From Candidatus Spongiisociaceae bacterium (lineage in GTDB: Bacteria; Actinomycetota; Acidimicrobiia; Spongiisociales; Spongiisociaceae), in contig OZ253564.1 of assembly GCA_965262915.1 (NCBI GenBank), positions 1,696,001 through 1,760,000 on the forward strand: a DNA stretch of 64,000 bases, given 5' to 3'. Under the pieces are notes generated by a model, which was given only the letters and a program-made list of their open reading frames with translations, was not told where the DNA came from and did not search any database. Position 1 is the first letter of the stretch, and each line of letters starts with the position of its first letter. Made by a program: the position numbers and the translations under genes. Below are positions 1 through 8,730 of the stretch, piece by piece.

Positions 1-890
1 GTAGGCCGGCCGCTCAACGTCAGCGACGACGACCCCGACACCGACATCCCACCCGGCTGCGCTCCCGAATACGAATAGCCGGTCACCCTCGCATCCGAGT
101 TCATCGGCAGCGCCTGCGAATACGACTGACCCACCTGGAAATCATACGAACACGTCCCGCTCCAATCCCCCGGCCCCGCCTCGGTCGTGGTCGTGACTTC
201 CTCCCCCGCGGTGGTCGAGGTCGTCTCTGGGGTGTGGTCGTGCGGTACCCCCGCAGACCACCAGCCGCACCGGCGGCTACCCCCGATGTCGTACTGGCTC
301 GGCCGCGTCGAAGAACTGCCGTACTCCACCGACTCCCCCCGAGGCGGACCCGTGTTCGTCGACCGGGTATGACCCTGGATCCCCGAACCCGGCAGAACGC
401 ACCGAGACGGGCCCGGCCGGTTCCCGATCAGCACTGTCCGGTGTGCTTGATTGGTGAACACCCACTTGTAGACCCCTTCGGTGTAGGAATCGTGCCGGTT
501 GCAGGTCGCGCCGGTGGGAGCGTCCGCGTTCGTCAGGGCTACCTGCTGGCCGTTCACCACGTTGGCGGGTTTCCACTCAGGGCGGGCAGCACAAGTATCC
601 TGCGGACGCTCCCGCCACTCCCCAGTGTCCTCCCAGGCGTCGCAATCGCCTGTGTAGTGGTTGAAGCGGACACATCGCTGCTTGATGTAGCGGTTGTAGT
701 GCCAGAACTGGTACTCGGTGAGCCTCGTCGTTGTCCCCCGGTTCCAGGTGAACTGATATACGGCTTCGTCGTGGCCTGTATGGGCGGCGCTGTCCGGTCC
801 CGGGCCGAACAGCAGCACCAAGCCGAGCAGCACCGCGGCGGCCGCACCCGGTATCCAGACCTTGGGAGAGGCTAGGGTGCGGCGTGCCAT
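1..890 (-). CDS. Secreted Cys-containing putative adhesin with the start of an Ig-like (He_PIG-type) domain; 3' end runs off the window
   Basis: Not in the ORF track because it has no stop in the window. Manual translation from ATG at 890 (RBS AGGAG): MARRTLASPKVWIPGAAAAVLLGLVLLFGP..., Thr-rich linker, then FQVGQSYSQALP...YSYSGAQPGGMSVSGSSSLTLSGRP; frame open to position 1. Confidence 0.7.
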   Translation of the reverse strand, partial: MARRTLASPKVWIPGAAAAVLLGLVLLFGPGPDSAAHTGHDEAVYQFTWNRGTTTRLTEYQFWHYNRYIKQRCVRFNHYTGDCDAWEDTGEWRERPQDTCAARPEWKPANVVNGQQVALTNADAPTGATCNRHDSYTEGVYKWVFTNQAHRTVLIGNRPGPSRCVLPGSGIQGHTRSTNTGPPRGESVEYGSSSTRPSQYDIGGSRRCGWWSAGVPHDHTPETTSTTAGEEVTTTTEAGPGDWSGTCSYDFQVGQSYSQALPMNSDARVTGYSYSGAQPGGMSVSGSSSLTLSGRP

Positions 891-910
891 GTGTTCTCCT
901 TCCCCGGGGG

Positions 911-1978
911 TTACCAGCCGGGGGTGGTGTTGACCCGGGTGCGCGTGGGATCGTCGGTCGGGTCATAAGCGGCGATCACATGCTCATTGGCCGTCACACG
1001 CGGTCGCGGGTCCGGAGGGCACGGATTAAGGGTTCCGCCGTGGTCCCTCACGAAGGGGATAGCAGCGTCGATGTACCGGCAGAAGCCCTGGTAGCTGATC
1101 TTCCACTCGCCGTCGACGTAGGTGAAGGGCACCACGTTCCACGCCCAGGCGAAGCTGCCGTCCTGCATCACCGTCCGGATGCGCACGTCGATACGGTCCG
1201 GGTCGTTCCACTGCGCCCCGTACAGCTCCACCCGCCGTGTGCTGCGGTTGTCAGCGTCGGCCCAGACGCTGGTCCACGCATCAAGGTCGTTGGCAGCTTC
1301 CTCCCCAAAGTACTGCTCAGCCGAGGTCTGCGACTCGGCGAACACCTGCGCTAGCAGGTGGCCGTCGCGGATCGTCGCCATTCGCTGCTCGTGGCTCCCT
1401 GCCCGCCAGGCGAGGAACTCTTTCCGTACCTCGTCGAGCACGCATTCGTCCCGCACCTTGAACCACTGGTGGTAGTTGCCGGGGCAGTCCCCGGTGGCTT
1501 CGGGGTCGGGGGCGGTGGTCGTCGGGTACTCGTAGGTGTGGCAGTGTTCCAATACGGCGTCGCCATGGTTGTGGCATACCTCACCGGTCTGCACCGCTTC
1601 GTCGTGATGCTCGTGCTCGCTCGCTTCCACCGGCGCCGCGGTGGTCGTGGTCGAGGTCGCCGCGGTGGTCGTGGGGACTTGGGTAGTGGTCGTGGGAGCC
1701 TGGGTGGTCGTAGTGGTCGGTTGGACGACCGCCACCGTCGTGGTCGTAGGAACCGTGGTGGTGGTCGTGGCACTCGTTGGCGTGTCGGCGGCCACCGACC
1801 CCGAGGAAGTGGTGGTTGCCGGGGTGATCCTTGCGGTTGCTACCACGGTGGGGGCCGGCGCTTCCCGCGTGGAAGGGCTACTGACCACGAAGTACGCCGC
1901 AACGAGGCCCCCAACAGCGAGGGCAACTGCGGCCACCAGGAGCCGGATACGCCTGCCGGGCTTGGTGGGGATGGTCAT
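911..1978 (-). CDS. Membrane-anchored or secreted protein with Thr-rich stalk, His/Cys-rich patch and C-terminal globular domain
   Basis: N-terminal hydrophobic helix, long PTTTTT repeats, EHEHHDE...CHNH...EHCH, RBS AAGGAG; co-oriented with the tad operon. Confidence 0.75.
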   Translation of the reverse strand: MTIPTKPGRRIRLLVAAVALAVGGLVAAYFVVSSPSTREAPAPTVVATARITPATTTSSGSVAADTPTSATTTTTVPTTTTVAVVQPTTTTTQAPTTTTQVPTTTAATSTTTTAAPVEASEHEHHDEAVQTGEVCHNHGDAVLEHCHTYEYPTTTAPDPEATGDCPGNYHQWFKVRDECVLDEVRKEFLAWRAGSHEQRMATIRDGHLLAQVFAESQTSAEQYFGEEAANDLDAWTSVWADADNRSTRRVELYGAQWNDPDRIDVRIRTVMQDGSFAWAWNVVPFTYVDGEWKISYQGFCRYIDAAIPFVRDHGGTLNPCPPDPRPRVTANEHVIAAYDPTDDPTRTRVNTTPGW

Positions 1979-2135
1979 GGTGTGTCTCCTTCGCTCGCCC
2001 GGGCAGGTCTGTCCGAGCCCCCGTTTACCGAGGTACGCTCGGGTGGTGACAGGTCACGGTGGTTCCGCAGGAGCCAGGTGATCACCGACCGCGCCGCGGG
2101 TGAGCCAGGGCCGGGGAAGGCCGACGGGACGTATC

Positions 2136-2474
2136 TCAGGGCCCGCACGGGTCCACCGCTTCCACGTCGGCGCCGAGGGTGTCGGCGTCGAAGTACAGGG
2201 AGGCCTCCGCCGATGCGACCCCGAGGGGGAAGCGCCGGCGCGGCCCAAGGTCGGCGTGGACCTCGACAACGTTGTTGGGGTGCAGGCATGCCGACGGGGG
2301 TGGCCGGTCGCACACCAGGTCGTCGCCGCAGTCGGCCAGCAACCGCCGCATCTCGTGGGACGCTATCTCGTAGGCCAGTTCCTGGTCGTTGACCCAGTGC
2401 GTGTAGTCGGCCAGAAAGACCATCACTGCCACGATCATCCCGACGAGGTAGACGGAGACGACCGCGAACCTCAC
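2136..2474 (-). CDS. TadE/TadG-like minor pilin (putative)
   Basis: GTG overlaps the upstream stop (GTGA); N-terminal TM helix VRFAVVSVYLVGMIVAVMVFL, four Cys; lies in the tad operon. Confidence 0.55.
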   Translation of the reverse strand: MRFAVVSVYLVGMIVAVMVFLADYTHWVNDQELAYEIASHEMRRLLADCGDDLVCDRPPPSACLHPNNVVEVHADLGPRRRFPLGVASAEASLYFDADTLGADVEAVDPCGP

Positions 2475-2977
2475 CGTTCCTCCTGTAGCTGGCCGACAAG
2501 CGGGTCGGTTGCGGGCGCTTCTTCCACGATGGGCGGACCCTCCGCCAGCATCACCTGCGATGTTCGGGTGACCTGGGAGGCCATCGCGGGTATTGGCCCC
2601 GGCAGCGGCCGGCACACGACCGAGACCCGTACCCGGCTCAGGACCGGCGGAGTACCTGCCCAGTCGGTGTTGCCCTGGTATCGGGCCGGGTCGAGCCACG
2701 CCCCGTCCCGCCGGCTGTAGTAGTCGACGGTCACGGTGGGACGGTCGGCGCAGACCCACGCCGCCGACAGCACCGCGGCGGACGCCGCCGCCGAACCCGC
2801 CCGCGCGTCCGCAGGGGTCGCGTCGGCGGGGACTCCCGAGGCGGCGGCCAGCGCGCCCCGGTAGGTGGCCGTCTGGAGTTGCCGGCTGCGGTCGGCCCCC
2901 TCGACCACGGTCACCATTACCAGGATGCCGACCAGGATGGTCGGGACTGCAAGCAGCGCCGCTATAACCTCGTCCAC
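2471..2977 (-). CDS. TadE-like pseudopilin
   Basis: N-terminal hydrophobic helix followed by LQTATYRGALAAA amphipathic segment, Cys pair and VRVSVVC strand; tad context. Confidence 0.65.
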   Translation of the reverse strand: MDEVIAALLAVPTILVGILVMVTVVEGADRSRQLQTATYRGALAAASGVPADATPADARAGSAAASAAVLSAAWVCADRPTVTVDYYSRRDGAWLDPARYQGNTDWAGTPPVLSRVRVSVVCRPLPGPIPAMASQVTRTSQVMLAEGPPIVEEAPATDPLVGQLQEER

Positions 2978-2978
2978 G

Positions 2979-3527
2979 TCAGGGTCCCTGCCCGCACACC
3001 GTCAGCACTCCCAGGCCCACTCCCGCCCGGGTCGGGGCGCAGCCGACCGCGTGGAAGGTACCCGCCCACCATCCGATGGTGACGGGCAGCACCTCCAGGC
3101 TGGTCAGCACGGTGCAGGTGGCGGTGTCGGCGCTAGCGGAGAAGCCGACGACCCGCAGGCGTTCGTTCCCCCGGAGGCGGTCGCCCGACGCGGCGGCGGC
3201 GGCGGCGGCATTGTCCCACGCCGGGTCGCCGGTCGTCGCAACGCAGTTCCAGCCGCTTCCGGCCAGCGCCGCCGCAGCCGCTCGGGCGGCTGAGCGGGCC
3301 GCAGAGCGGGCCTCGAGACCGCCCGTATATGCCATCATCACCGAGATCACCATCATCACGGTCGCTACCCACACCGCCCCCAGCTTGATCGCCGCTACCG
3401 CGGTGTCCACGATCCGCTCCGGGCCCGGACGTACGGGCGACCCGTCTCCAGGAGGGTTGTCAGGAGCCCCCGGTTGGCCCGACGGTCGATGACAAAGTGC
3501 CACGCCGGCGGACGACGGGCTGACCAT
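2979..3527 (-). CDS. TadE-like pseudopilin (start uncertain)
   Basis: TM helix followed by ARSAARSAARAAAAA typical of TadE; several Cys; tad context. Confidence 0.6.
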   Translation of the reverse strand: MVSPSSAGVALCHRPSGQPGAPDNPPGDGSPVRPGPERIVDTAVAAIKLGAVWVATVMMVISVMMAYTGGLEARSAARSAARAAAAALAGSGWNCVATTGDPAWDNAAAAAAASGDRLRGNERLRVVGFSASADTATCTVLTSLEVLPVTIGWWAGTFHAVGCAPTRAGVGLGVLTVCGQGP

Positions 3528-3549
3528 TCACGTGTTTTCGAGCGCCCTC

Positions 3550-3756
3550 CTAAGTGCATTTGTCACCCGTGGCGGCGGCGGTCCAGGTGCCACCGGCCGC
3601 GTCGCACACCGCCTTGGTGGTGATACCGCTGTACGGGTTGATATCTTCGATGTCCTCCTGGGCATTGGTGATCTGGGTCCACATGATGAACCCGACGGCG
3701 ATCATTCCGGCCACCGCCAGGGCAATGCTGAGAACAAGACTGATTGGTTTGTCCAT
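3550..3756 (-). CDS. Flp-like major pilin candidate with C-terminal Cys pair
   Basis: 68 aa, strong RBS AAGGAGG, single hydrophobic helix, directly after tadC. Confidence 0.6.
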   Translation of the reverse strand: MDKPISLVLSIALAVAGMIAVGFIMWTQITNAQEDIEDINPYSGITTKAVCDAAGGTWTAAATGDKCT

Positions 3757-3780
3757 TCGACCCTCCTTGGTCTGTTTCGA

Positions 3781-4509
3781 TCACGGCCTGACGCCGGTGT
3801 TGACGGAGACGGCGATCCCGATCATCAGCACCACCACACCGAAGGCGACAACGATGGTGCCGAGGGCGCCGATGGTGCGTCCCAGCCGGTCGGTGCGCTC
3901 GGCCCCGGAGGCCGCGTACACGGCTATGGCCCGGTCCACCACGTGGTCGATGAGCGCGGTGGCGGCTGCTCCGCTTCGCTCCACGGTGTCGACCGTGCCC
4001 AGGAGCGTCTCGGCGGCGGACCCCCGGACCCGCCGGGCCGCCGCGGTCAACGGATCCCGGCCGCCCTCGAGAGCGACGGCGATCGCCGAAGCCACCGGGG
4101 TGAACGCTCGCTCGGTGGTCTGGTGGGCGGCTTCCACAGCGGCTTCGCGTATGGGGAGCCCTATAGCGGTGTACAGGCGTACCCTCCGGAGCCAGGAGTG
4201 GAGGGCGCCGGCCTGACGGCGGTGGTGGCTCTCGAGGACGATGTTCCGGAGTCGAGGGGGCAGCAGCAGCGGTACCCATGCCCCGAGCGCTACCGCGACG
4301 GCGGGAGCGGCCCGGGCGCCGGTGACGATCGTCATCCCGCCGAAGGTCGCAATGGCGACGATGGCTGCGCACCCCCATGAAACGGCAGTCACCATTGCCG
4401 GTGACCATCCGGCCGCGGCTAGGTCCTCGGCGTCGTGGTGGGTGGCTGGATCGGTGAGGATCAGAACCGCTCCGAGAGCCGCCAGCGACGCAACCGCAGC
4501 CCAGATCAT
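3781..4509 (-). CDS. tadC: TadC-like T2SSF pilus platform protein
   Basis: ATG overlaps the tadB stop; TM helices plus T2SSF-like segment RLYTAIGLPIREAAVEAA. Confidence 0.7.
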   Translation of the reverse strand: MIWAAVASLAALGAVLILTDPATHHDAEDLAAAGWSPAMVTAVSWGCAAIVAIATFGGMTIVTGARAAPAVAVALGAWVPLLLPPRLRNIVLESHHRRQAGALHSWLRRVRLYTAIGLPIREAAVEAAHQTTERAFTPVASAIAVALEGGRDPLTAAARRVRGSAAETLLGTVDTVERSGAAATALIDHVVDRAIAVYAASGAERTDRLGRTIGALGTIVVAFGVVVLMIGIAVSVNTGVRP

Positions 4510-5327
4510 GCCTTCACCGCCGCCGCTGCCGAAGCGAACACCGGGGCACACACCGCAGCGGACCCGGCCGCCGCGCCGAGGGTCACAAGCTGGCCGCCCG
4601 GACTGACCAGCCATTCCCCGAAGGAGGGCATCCACACCGCCATGCCCACGACGGTCCCGACCGAGAGGAGGAGGGCGACCGCGAGGGGCAGCATCTGGGC
4701 GGCTACCTTGCGGTGGAAATGCCGTGCCGCGTCGGCCTCCGCGGCTGCCAGGTCTTCGAGCGCGGACAGGACTTCGCTGACCTGACCGCTGCCGCGGCCC
4801 GCCGCGGCCAGGATGTCGGTGAGCCAGACCGAGGCGGTCACCGGTACTGTCTCCACGAACTCCCGGGCTGCGTCGGCTACCGCGCCCTGCTGGTACCCGG
4901 CGGCCAGTCTCTCGGTGGCGCCACCCACGCTCCCTCTCACCAGCGGGGCAGTTCGGGTGAGGGCTTCCCCGATGGTGGTAGCGGTGGTGGCCTGGTTGGC
5001 CAGCACGACGGTTAGGCGGGCTACCCGCTCGGTGCGGGTGGTGCGCAGGGCGCTGCGTGCCCGGATCGACAGTGCCCACACGCATACGCCATAGGTCATG
5101 ACCGCGGCCATGCCGAGGGCAGGACCCCAGCGGATGGCCACGACGCCCCCTATCGCGGCCGCTCCCGCCGGAGCGATGACGGTTCCCGGCCGGGTCTCCC
5201 GCACTGCCTGCCGGGCGCGGGCGGCTCTGAGAGCGAGCAGCGTGGGGACCGGGCGCCGTTCGGGGAGCAGCACGAGGACGAGACCTGCCATAGCCGAGGC
5301 GGTCACGATCCACCCGACCGGGTTCAT
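4506..5327 (-). CDS. tadB: TadB-like T2SSF pilus platform protein
   Basis: ATG overlaps the ATPase stop; TIGEALTR...GRGSGQVSEVLSAL pattern; two C-terminal TM helices. Confidence 0.7.
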   Translation of the reverse strand: MNPVGWIVTASAMAGLVLVLLPERRPVPTLLALRAARARQAVRETRPGTVIAPAGAAAIGGVVAIRWGPALGMAAVMTYGVCVWALSIRARSALRTTRTERVARLTVVLANQATTATTIGEALTRTAPLVRGSVGGATERLAAGYQQGAVADAAREFVETVPVTASVWLTDILAAAGRGSGQVSEVLSALEDLAAAEADAARHFHRKVAAQMLPLAVALLLSVGTVVGMAVWMPSFGEWLVSPGGQLVTLGAAAGSAAVCAPVFASAAAAVKA

Positions 5328-6934
5328 CCGTCCCTCCCCGCGTCTATGACTCTCAGTCCCCGGTCCCGGTAGTCGACCATATCGTCGAGGGACACCCCGA
5401 CCGCTCTGTATAGGGCGGCCACGACCGGGTTCTGCGGGAGTGCCACCGGGCGCGCCCACCGCCCGGATTCGAGCAGTTGCCACAAGCAGCCGGTGCGTAT
5501 CTGGCCGCCGGTCTCGTCGATGTCCACGACCTCGGTCACGTCGGCGATGACCCTCTCGTTGCGGTCGTTGCGCCCCAGCCAGACCAGCAGATGAACACCG
5601 GCCGCTATCTGGCGGCGGGCGTACTCCCCGGAAGCGCCCTCGGACGACGCGTAGGCGACCAGCTTCTCCAACACACCGGAACCGGGCGGCGAGTGCAGGG
5701 TGGCGAGACAACCATTCATGCCGGAGGACATGGCATCGAAGAGAGCCAGGGTGCCTTCCCCGCGGACCTCCCCCACGACGATCTTGGACGCGTTGCCCCG
5801 CTTGGCGTCGCGGATATGGTCGGTCATGGCCAGCTTGCCGATCCCGTCGGCGTTGGCGTCGCGGGTCAACCGCTCGAACGTCATCCGATGGAGCCCGTAA
5901 TCGGCCAGCCGCAGCTCCGGGGTGTCCTCGATCGTGTCCACCCGCTCGTGAGCAGGTGTATGCGCCAGCAGCGCCTGCAGCAGCGTGGTCTTTCCTCCGC
6001 TCATCGTCGCGGCGACGATCGTGTTGGCGCGGCGGGTCCCGGCGACAGCACCCACCAGGAGGCTGTTCAGACGGTGGTCGGCGAAGCCGAGTTGCTCCAG
6101 GGTAAGCCGCCCGCCCATGTTGGCCCGCAACGCCAGGTACATGGGGCGCACGACGAACCCCTCGGCGTGGAGCCGCCAGCGGTCCTTGAGGTTCATGTCG
6201 AGGCGTGGGTGTTGCTCGTCGAAACGGTGGGGCCGGCTACCGCCGAAGGTAGCGAGGAACTTGATCGCCTCCTCCAGCGAGTGGTCGTCGGCGAACGGGG
6301 ATTCCCGGTCCTCTCTCCGCCCGTCGGAGTATTGGACCTGCATCCGCCCGCCGCCGAAGACCTGGTACTCCTCGACATCCTCGATGTCCATCAGTTCTCT
6401 CAGGAGGTCCTCCGCCTGCTGGCGTGCTCCGGCCCGGTGCGTGGCGGCGTCGCCGGCCTCGAACCGGCGGGGCTGCACTGCGTAGACCGCCAGCGACTTG
6501 CCCATGCGGTTCAGCAGCCGCACGGCGCGGCGGTGCGGGGCGGGGCGGATATTGCGCATCTGGCTGACCCCGGCTGTGGCGGCCAGCAGGTCCAGGCTCT
6601 CGGCGGGTTCGTCGGTGACCGAGACCACGACGATCGGCACCTTCCACCCCGACCCGTTGTCCAGATTGAGCCAGGGCCGCACTCCCTGGGCGTTGCCTTC
6701 CGTGATGAGTACGACCGCAGCGGCGGACGCCGCCGTCGCCAGCATCCGGTCGCGGTCGGTGTCGGAGCGGAGGGTGACCACCTGGCCGCCGCCGGCGGTG
6801 CGGAGGGTCTCGTCGCCCAGGTGCTCCACCACCGTGACCTCCCGCGCCCTCCGGCGTATCCCCTCGGTGAGGCTTCGGGTGGTCCAGTTCCTCACGTCGC
6901 CGGCTAGCCCCTTGTCCTGGATGACCAGCAGCAC
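5324..6934 (-). CDS. tadA: CpaF/TadA pilus assembly ATPase with N-terminal extension
   Basis: Walker A ATMSGGKTT, Asp box TIEDTPEL, Walker B IVVGEVRG, His box ATLHS. Confidence 0.9.
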   Translation of the reverse strand: MLLVIQDKGLAGDVRNWTTRSLTEGIRRRAREVTVVEHLGDETLRTAGGGQVVTLRSDTDRDRMLATAASAAAVVLITEGNAQGVRPWLNLDNGSGWKVPIVVVSVTDEPAESLDLLAATAGVSQMRNIRPAPHRRAVRLLNRMGKSLAVYAVQPRRFEAGDAATHRAGARQQAEDLLRELMDIEDVEEYQVFGGGRMQVQYSDGRREDRESPFADDHSLEEAIKFLATFGGSRPHRFDEQHPRLDMNLKDRWRLHAEGFVVRPMYLALRANMGGRLTLEQLGFADHRLNSLLVGAVAGTRRANTIVAATMSGGKTTLLQALLAHTPAHERVDTIEDTPELRLADYGLHRMTFERLTRDANADGIGKLAMTDHIRDAKRGNASKIVVGEVRGEGTLALFDAMSSGMNGCLATLHSPPGSGVLEKLVAYASSEGASGEYARRQIAAGVHLLVWLGRNDRNERVIADVTEVVDIDETGGQIRTGCLWQLLESGRWARPVALPQNPVVAALYRAVGVSLDDMVDYRDRGLRVIDAGRDG

Positions 6935-8133
6935 TAGCCCTCACATTCCCGCGTGTCCCGGTTCCACGTCCTCCCCGCGTCCGTGCACTCCCGGGCTCCC
7001 ATCGTCACCACGTCCCCGGCCGCTTCTCCGGGAGCCGTGTCGCAGTGCGGCCAGGTCCCTTCCACGGTGGCAGGCCACGTCGCCAGCGCCGGTTCGGCCA
7101 TCAGGCGGGCTGCCTCGTCGGGGGTGGCCGCCAGGCTGATCGACGGCCCGTCGACTCCGAGAAGTTCGGTGACCATCCACGCGCAGCCGGAACCGAGGGG
7201 ACCGACCACGGCCAGATCCCCCGCGGCCGGCCCCGGCGGTGGCCAGTGGGTCGGGTCGACCAGCAGCCGCAGCGGGGCGGTGCCCTCCGGTATGGGCGGG
7301 TCGCAGCGCGGCCAGGTCACAGCGGCAGAAGGCCAGACTCCGATGTTGCCGCGGGTGATGAGCCGGTCGGCGGCTCGGGGTGTGACGGCGATGGTGATAC
7401 CGCCCCCCGGGTCCACGTCGAGGACGGTGGTGACGGCAAGCGCGCAGGCGGTCCCGACCGGCCCGACCACCGCTTCGTCACCGGGTGCAGGACCGGGCGG
7501 CGGCCACAGGTCGACTCCGGCCACCAGCCGCAGCCGGGCCGTCCCGGGCGGCGTTTCCAGGATCGGTGTTCGTGTCTCCGGTTCGGGACATGGCGGCCAA
7601 GCCCCGCCGGCGGGGGGCCAGATGGCGAGATCTCCGGTTGTCATGAGCCGGCCGGCGGCCTCGGGGGTGGCGGCGATAGTGACGCTTCCGGCGTCGACGT
7701 CCAGGAGTTCGGCGACCGCCAGCCCGCAGGCGGTCCCCGCGGGGCCGATCACCGCTTCGTCACCAGGTACAGGACCGGGTGAGGGCCACAGGTCGAGTCC
7801 GGCTGTCAGCCGCAGCCGACTCAACCCACTCGCGTCGCCCAGGTCGGCCCCGGGCGCTCGCAGCATTCCCGGTGTGATGAACGTGTTGGCTGGGATGTCG
7901 AGGGCGGCGACATTGCTACCCATGGCGTCGGGGGTGACGAACAGGGGAGCGAGGCTCTCGGGTACGTCGAGGATGGCCAGTTCCCCGACGGCGCCGCGGG
8001 GCCACGGCTGGGTGGCGAATATGACGCCGACCACCGGCGGCGGCTCGGAGCGTCCGAACAGCAGCACCAGTACGACGGTCACTACGACCAGCGCACCGGC
8101 GGTACTGAGACGAGCTGCCCGGCCGGTGAACAT
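6934..8133 (-). CDS. CpaB/RcpC-like protein with SAF-like domain and three tandem internal repeats
   Basis: First gene of the tad operon; TM, then SAF-like AALDIPANTFITPGML, then three copies of RLRL..D.WP.PGP..GD.AV.GP.G..C...WP..C. Confidence 0.6.
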   Translation of the reverse strand: MFTGRAARLSTAGALVVVTVVLVLLFGRSEPPPVVGVIFATQPWPRGAVGELAILDVPESLAPLFVTPDAMGSNVAALDIPANTFITPGMLRAPGADLGDASGLSRLRLTAGLDLWPSPGPVPGDEAVIGPAGTACGLAVAELLDVDAGSVTIAATPEAAGRLMTTGDLAIWPPAGGAWPPCPEPETRTPILETPPGTARLRLVAGVDLWPPPGPAPGDEAVVGPVGTACALAVTTVLDVDPGGGITIAVTPRAADRLITRGNIGVWPSAAVTWPRCDPPIPEGTAPLRLLVDPTHWPPPGPAAGDLAVVGPLGSGCAWMVTELLGVDGPSISLAATPDEAARLMAEPALATWPATVEGTWPHCDTAPGEAAGDVVTMGARECTDAGRTWNRDTRECEG

Positions 8134-8179
8134 TCAGACCCTCATGGGCGTCCGGCCCAACAGCGTCCGGCGGAAGGTG

Positions 8180-8300
8180 ATTACCTCTATCATTGTGTGG
8201 ACTGTACCTACTGTGTGAAGTGATAGACAATTCTGAACAAGGATATTTTTGTCTTTATAATGTAATCCATCGCCAAATCAGTTAGAAACCGAGTTGTAGC
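8180..8300 (-). promoter_or_regulatory. AT-rich promoter region of tad operon 1
   Basis: Sharp AT-rich patch (ggatatttttgtctttataatgtaat) directly upstream of the operon in a high-GC background. Confidence 0.45.
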
Positions 8301-8730
8301 GCCACACACACCGACCGCTAGGTGCTCTCACGGCCGTTAGCGGCGATATCCGGTCCGCGCTGGGTACGACGGGGATGGAGACCCGGTCGGGGTTGCGCCG
8401 TAGGCGTCGGGATGTGCGTCGACCGGGAAACGGGTCCAGGAGCGGTCTCACGTCGCCCGAGTGTTACCGACAGGTCGCTCTTCCGGAAAGTCCCCGACTT
8501 CGCGTCACCTGGCGTCGTGCAGTTCAGGGCCAGGTATGGTTGCCCACTGCCGACCTCGATCACGTTTCGAGGGTTGCCTTCGAGGAACTGCCAGGCAGCC
8601 TCGGGTGGTCGAGATGCGGGCTCCGGACCGACGGCTTCCAGTTAAGGCCTGGTTGGTCCGGAGCAAGCGCAACGCCGGGTAGCGTCGACGCTTCTTGCTA
8701 GACGTACATCCGGATCCCGTCAGGCCGGCT

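Noticed and set aside
5324-6934. Conjugative VirB11/T4SS interpretation of the ATPase
   Set aside because: Followed by paired TadB/TadC and pilin-like genes; no VirB4, coupling protein or relaxase in view
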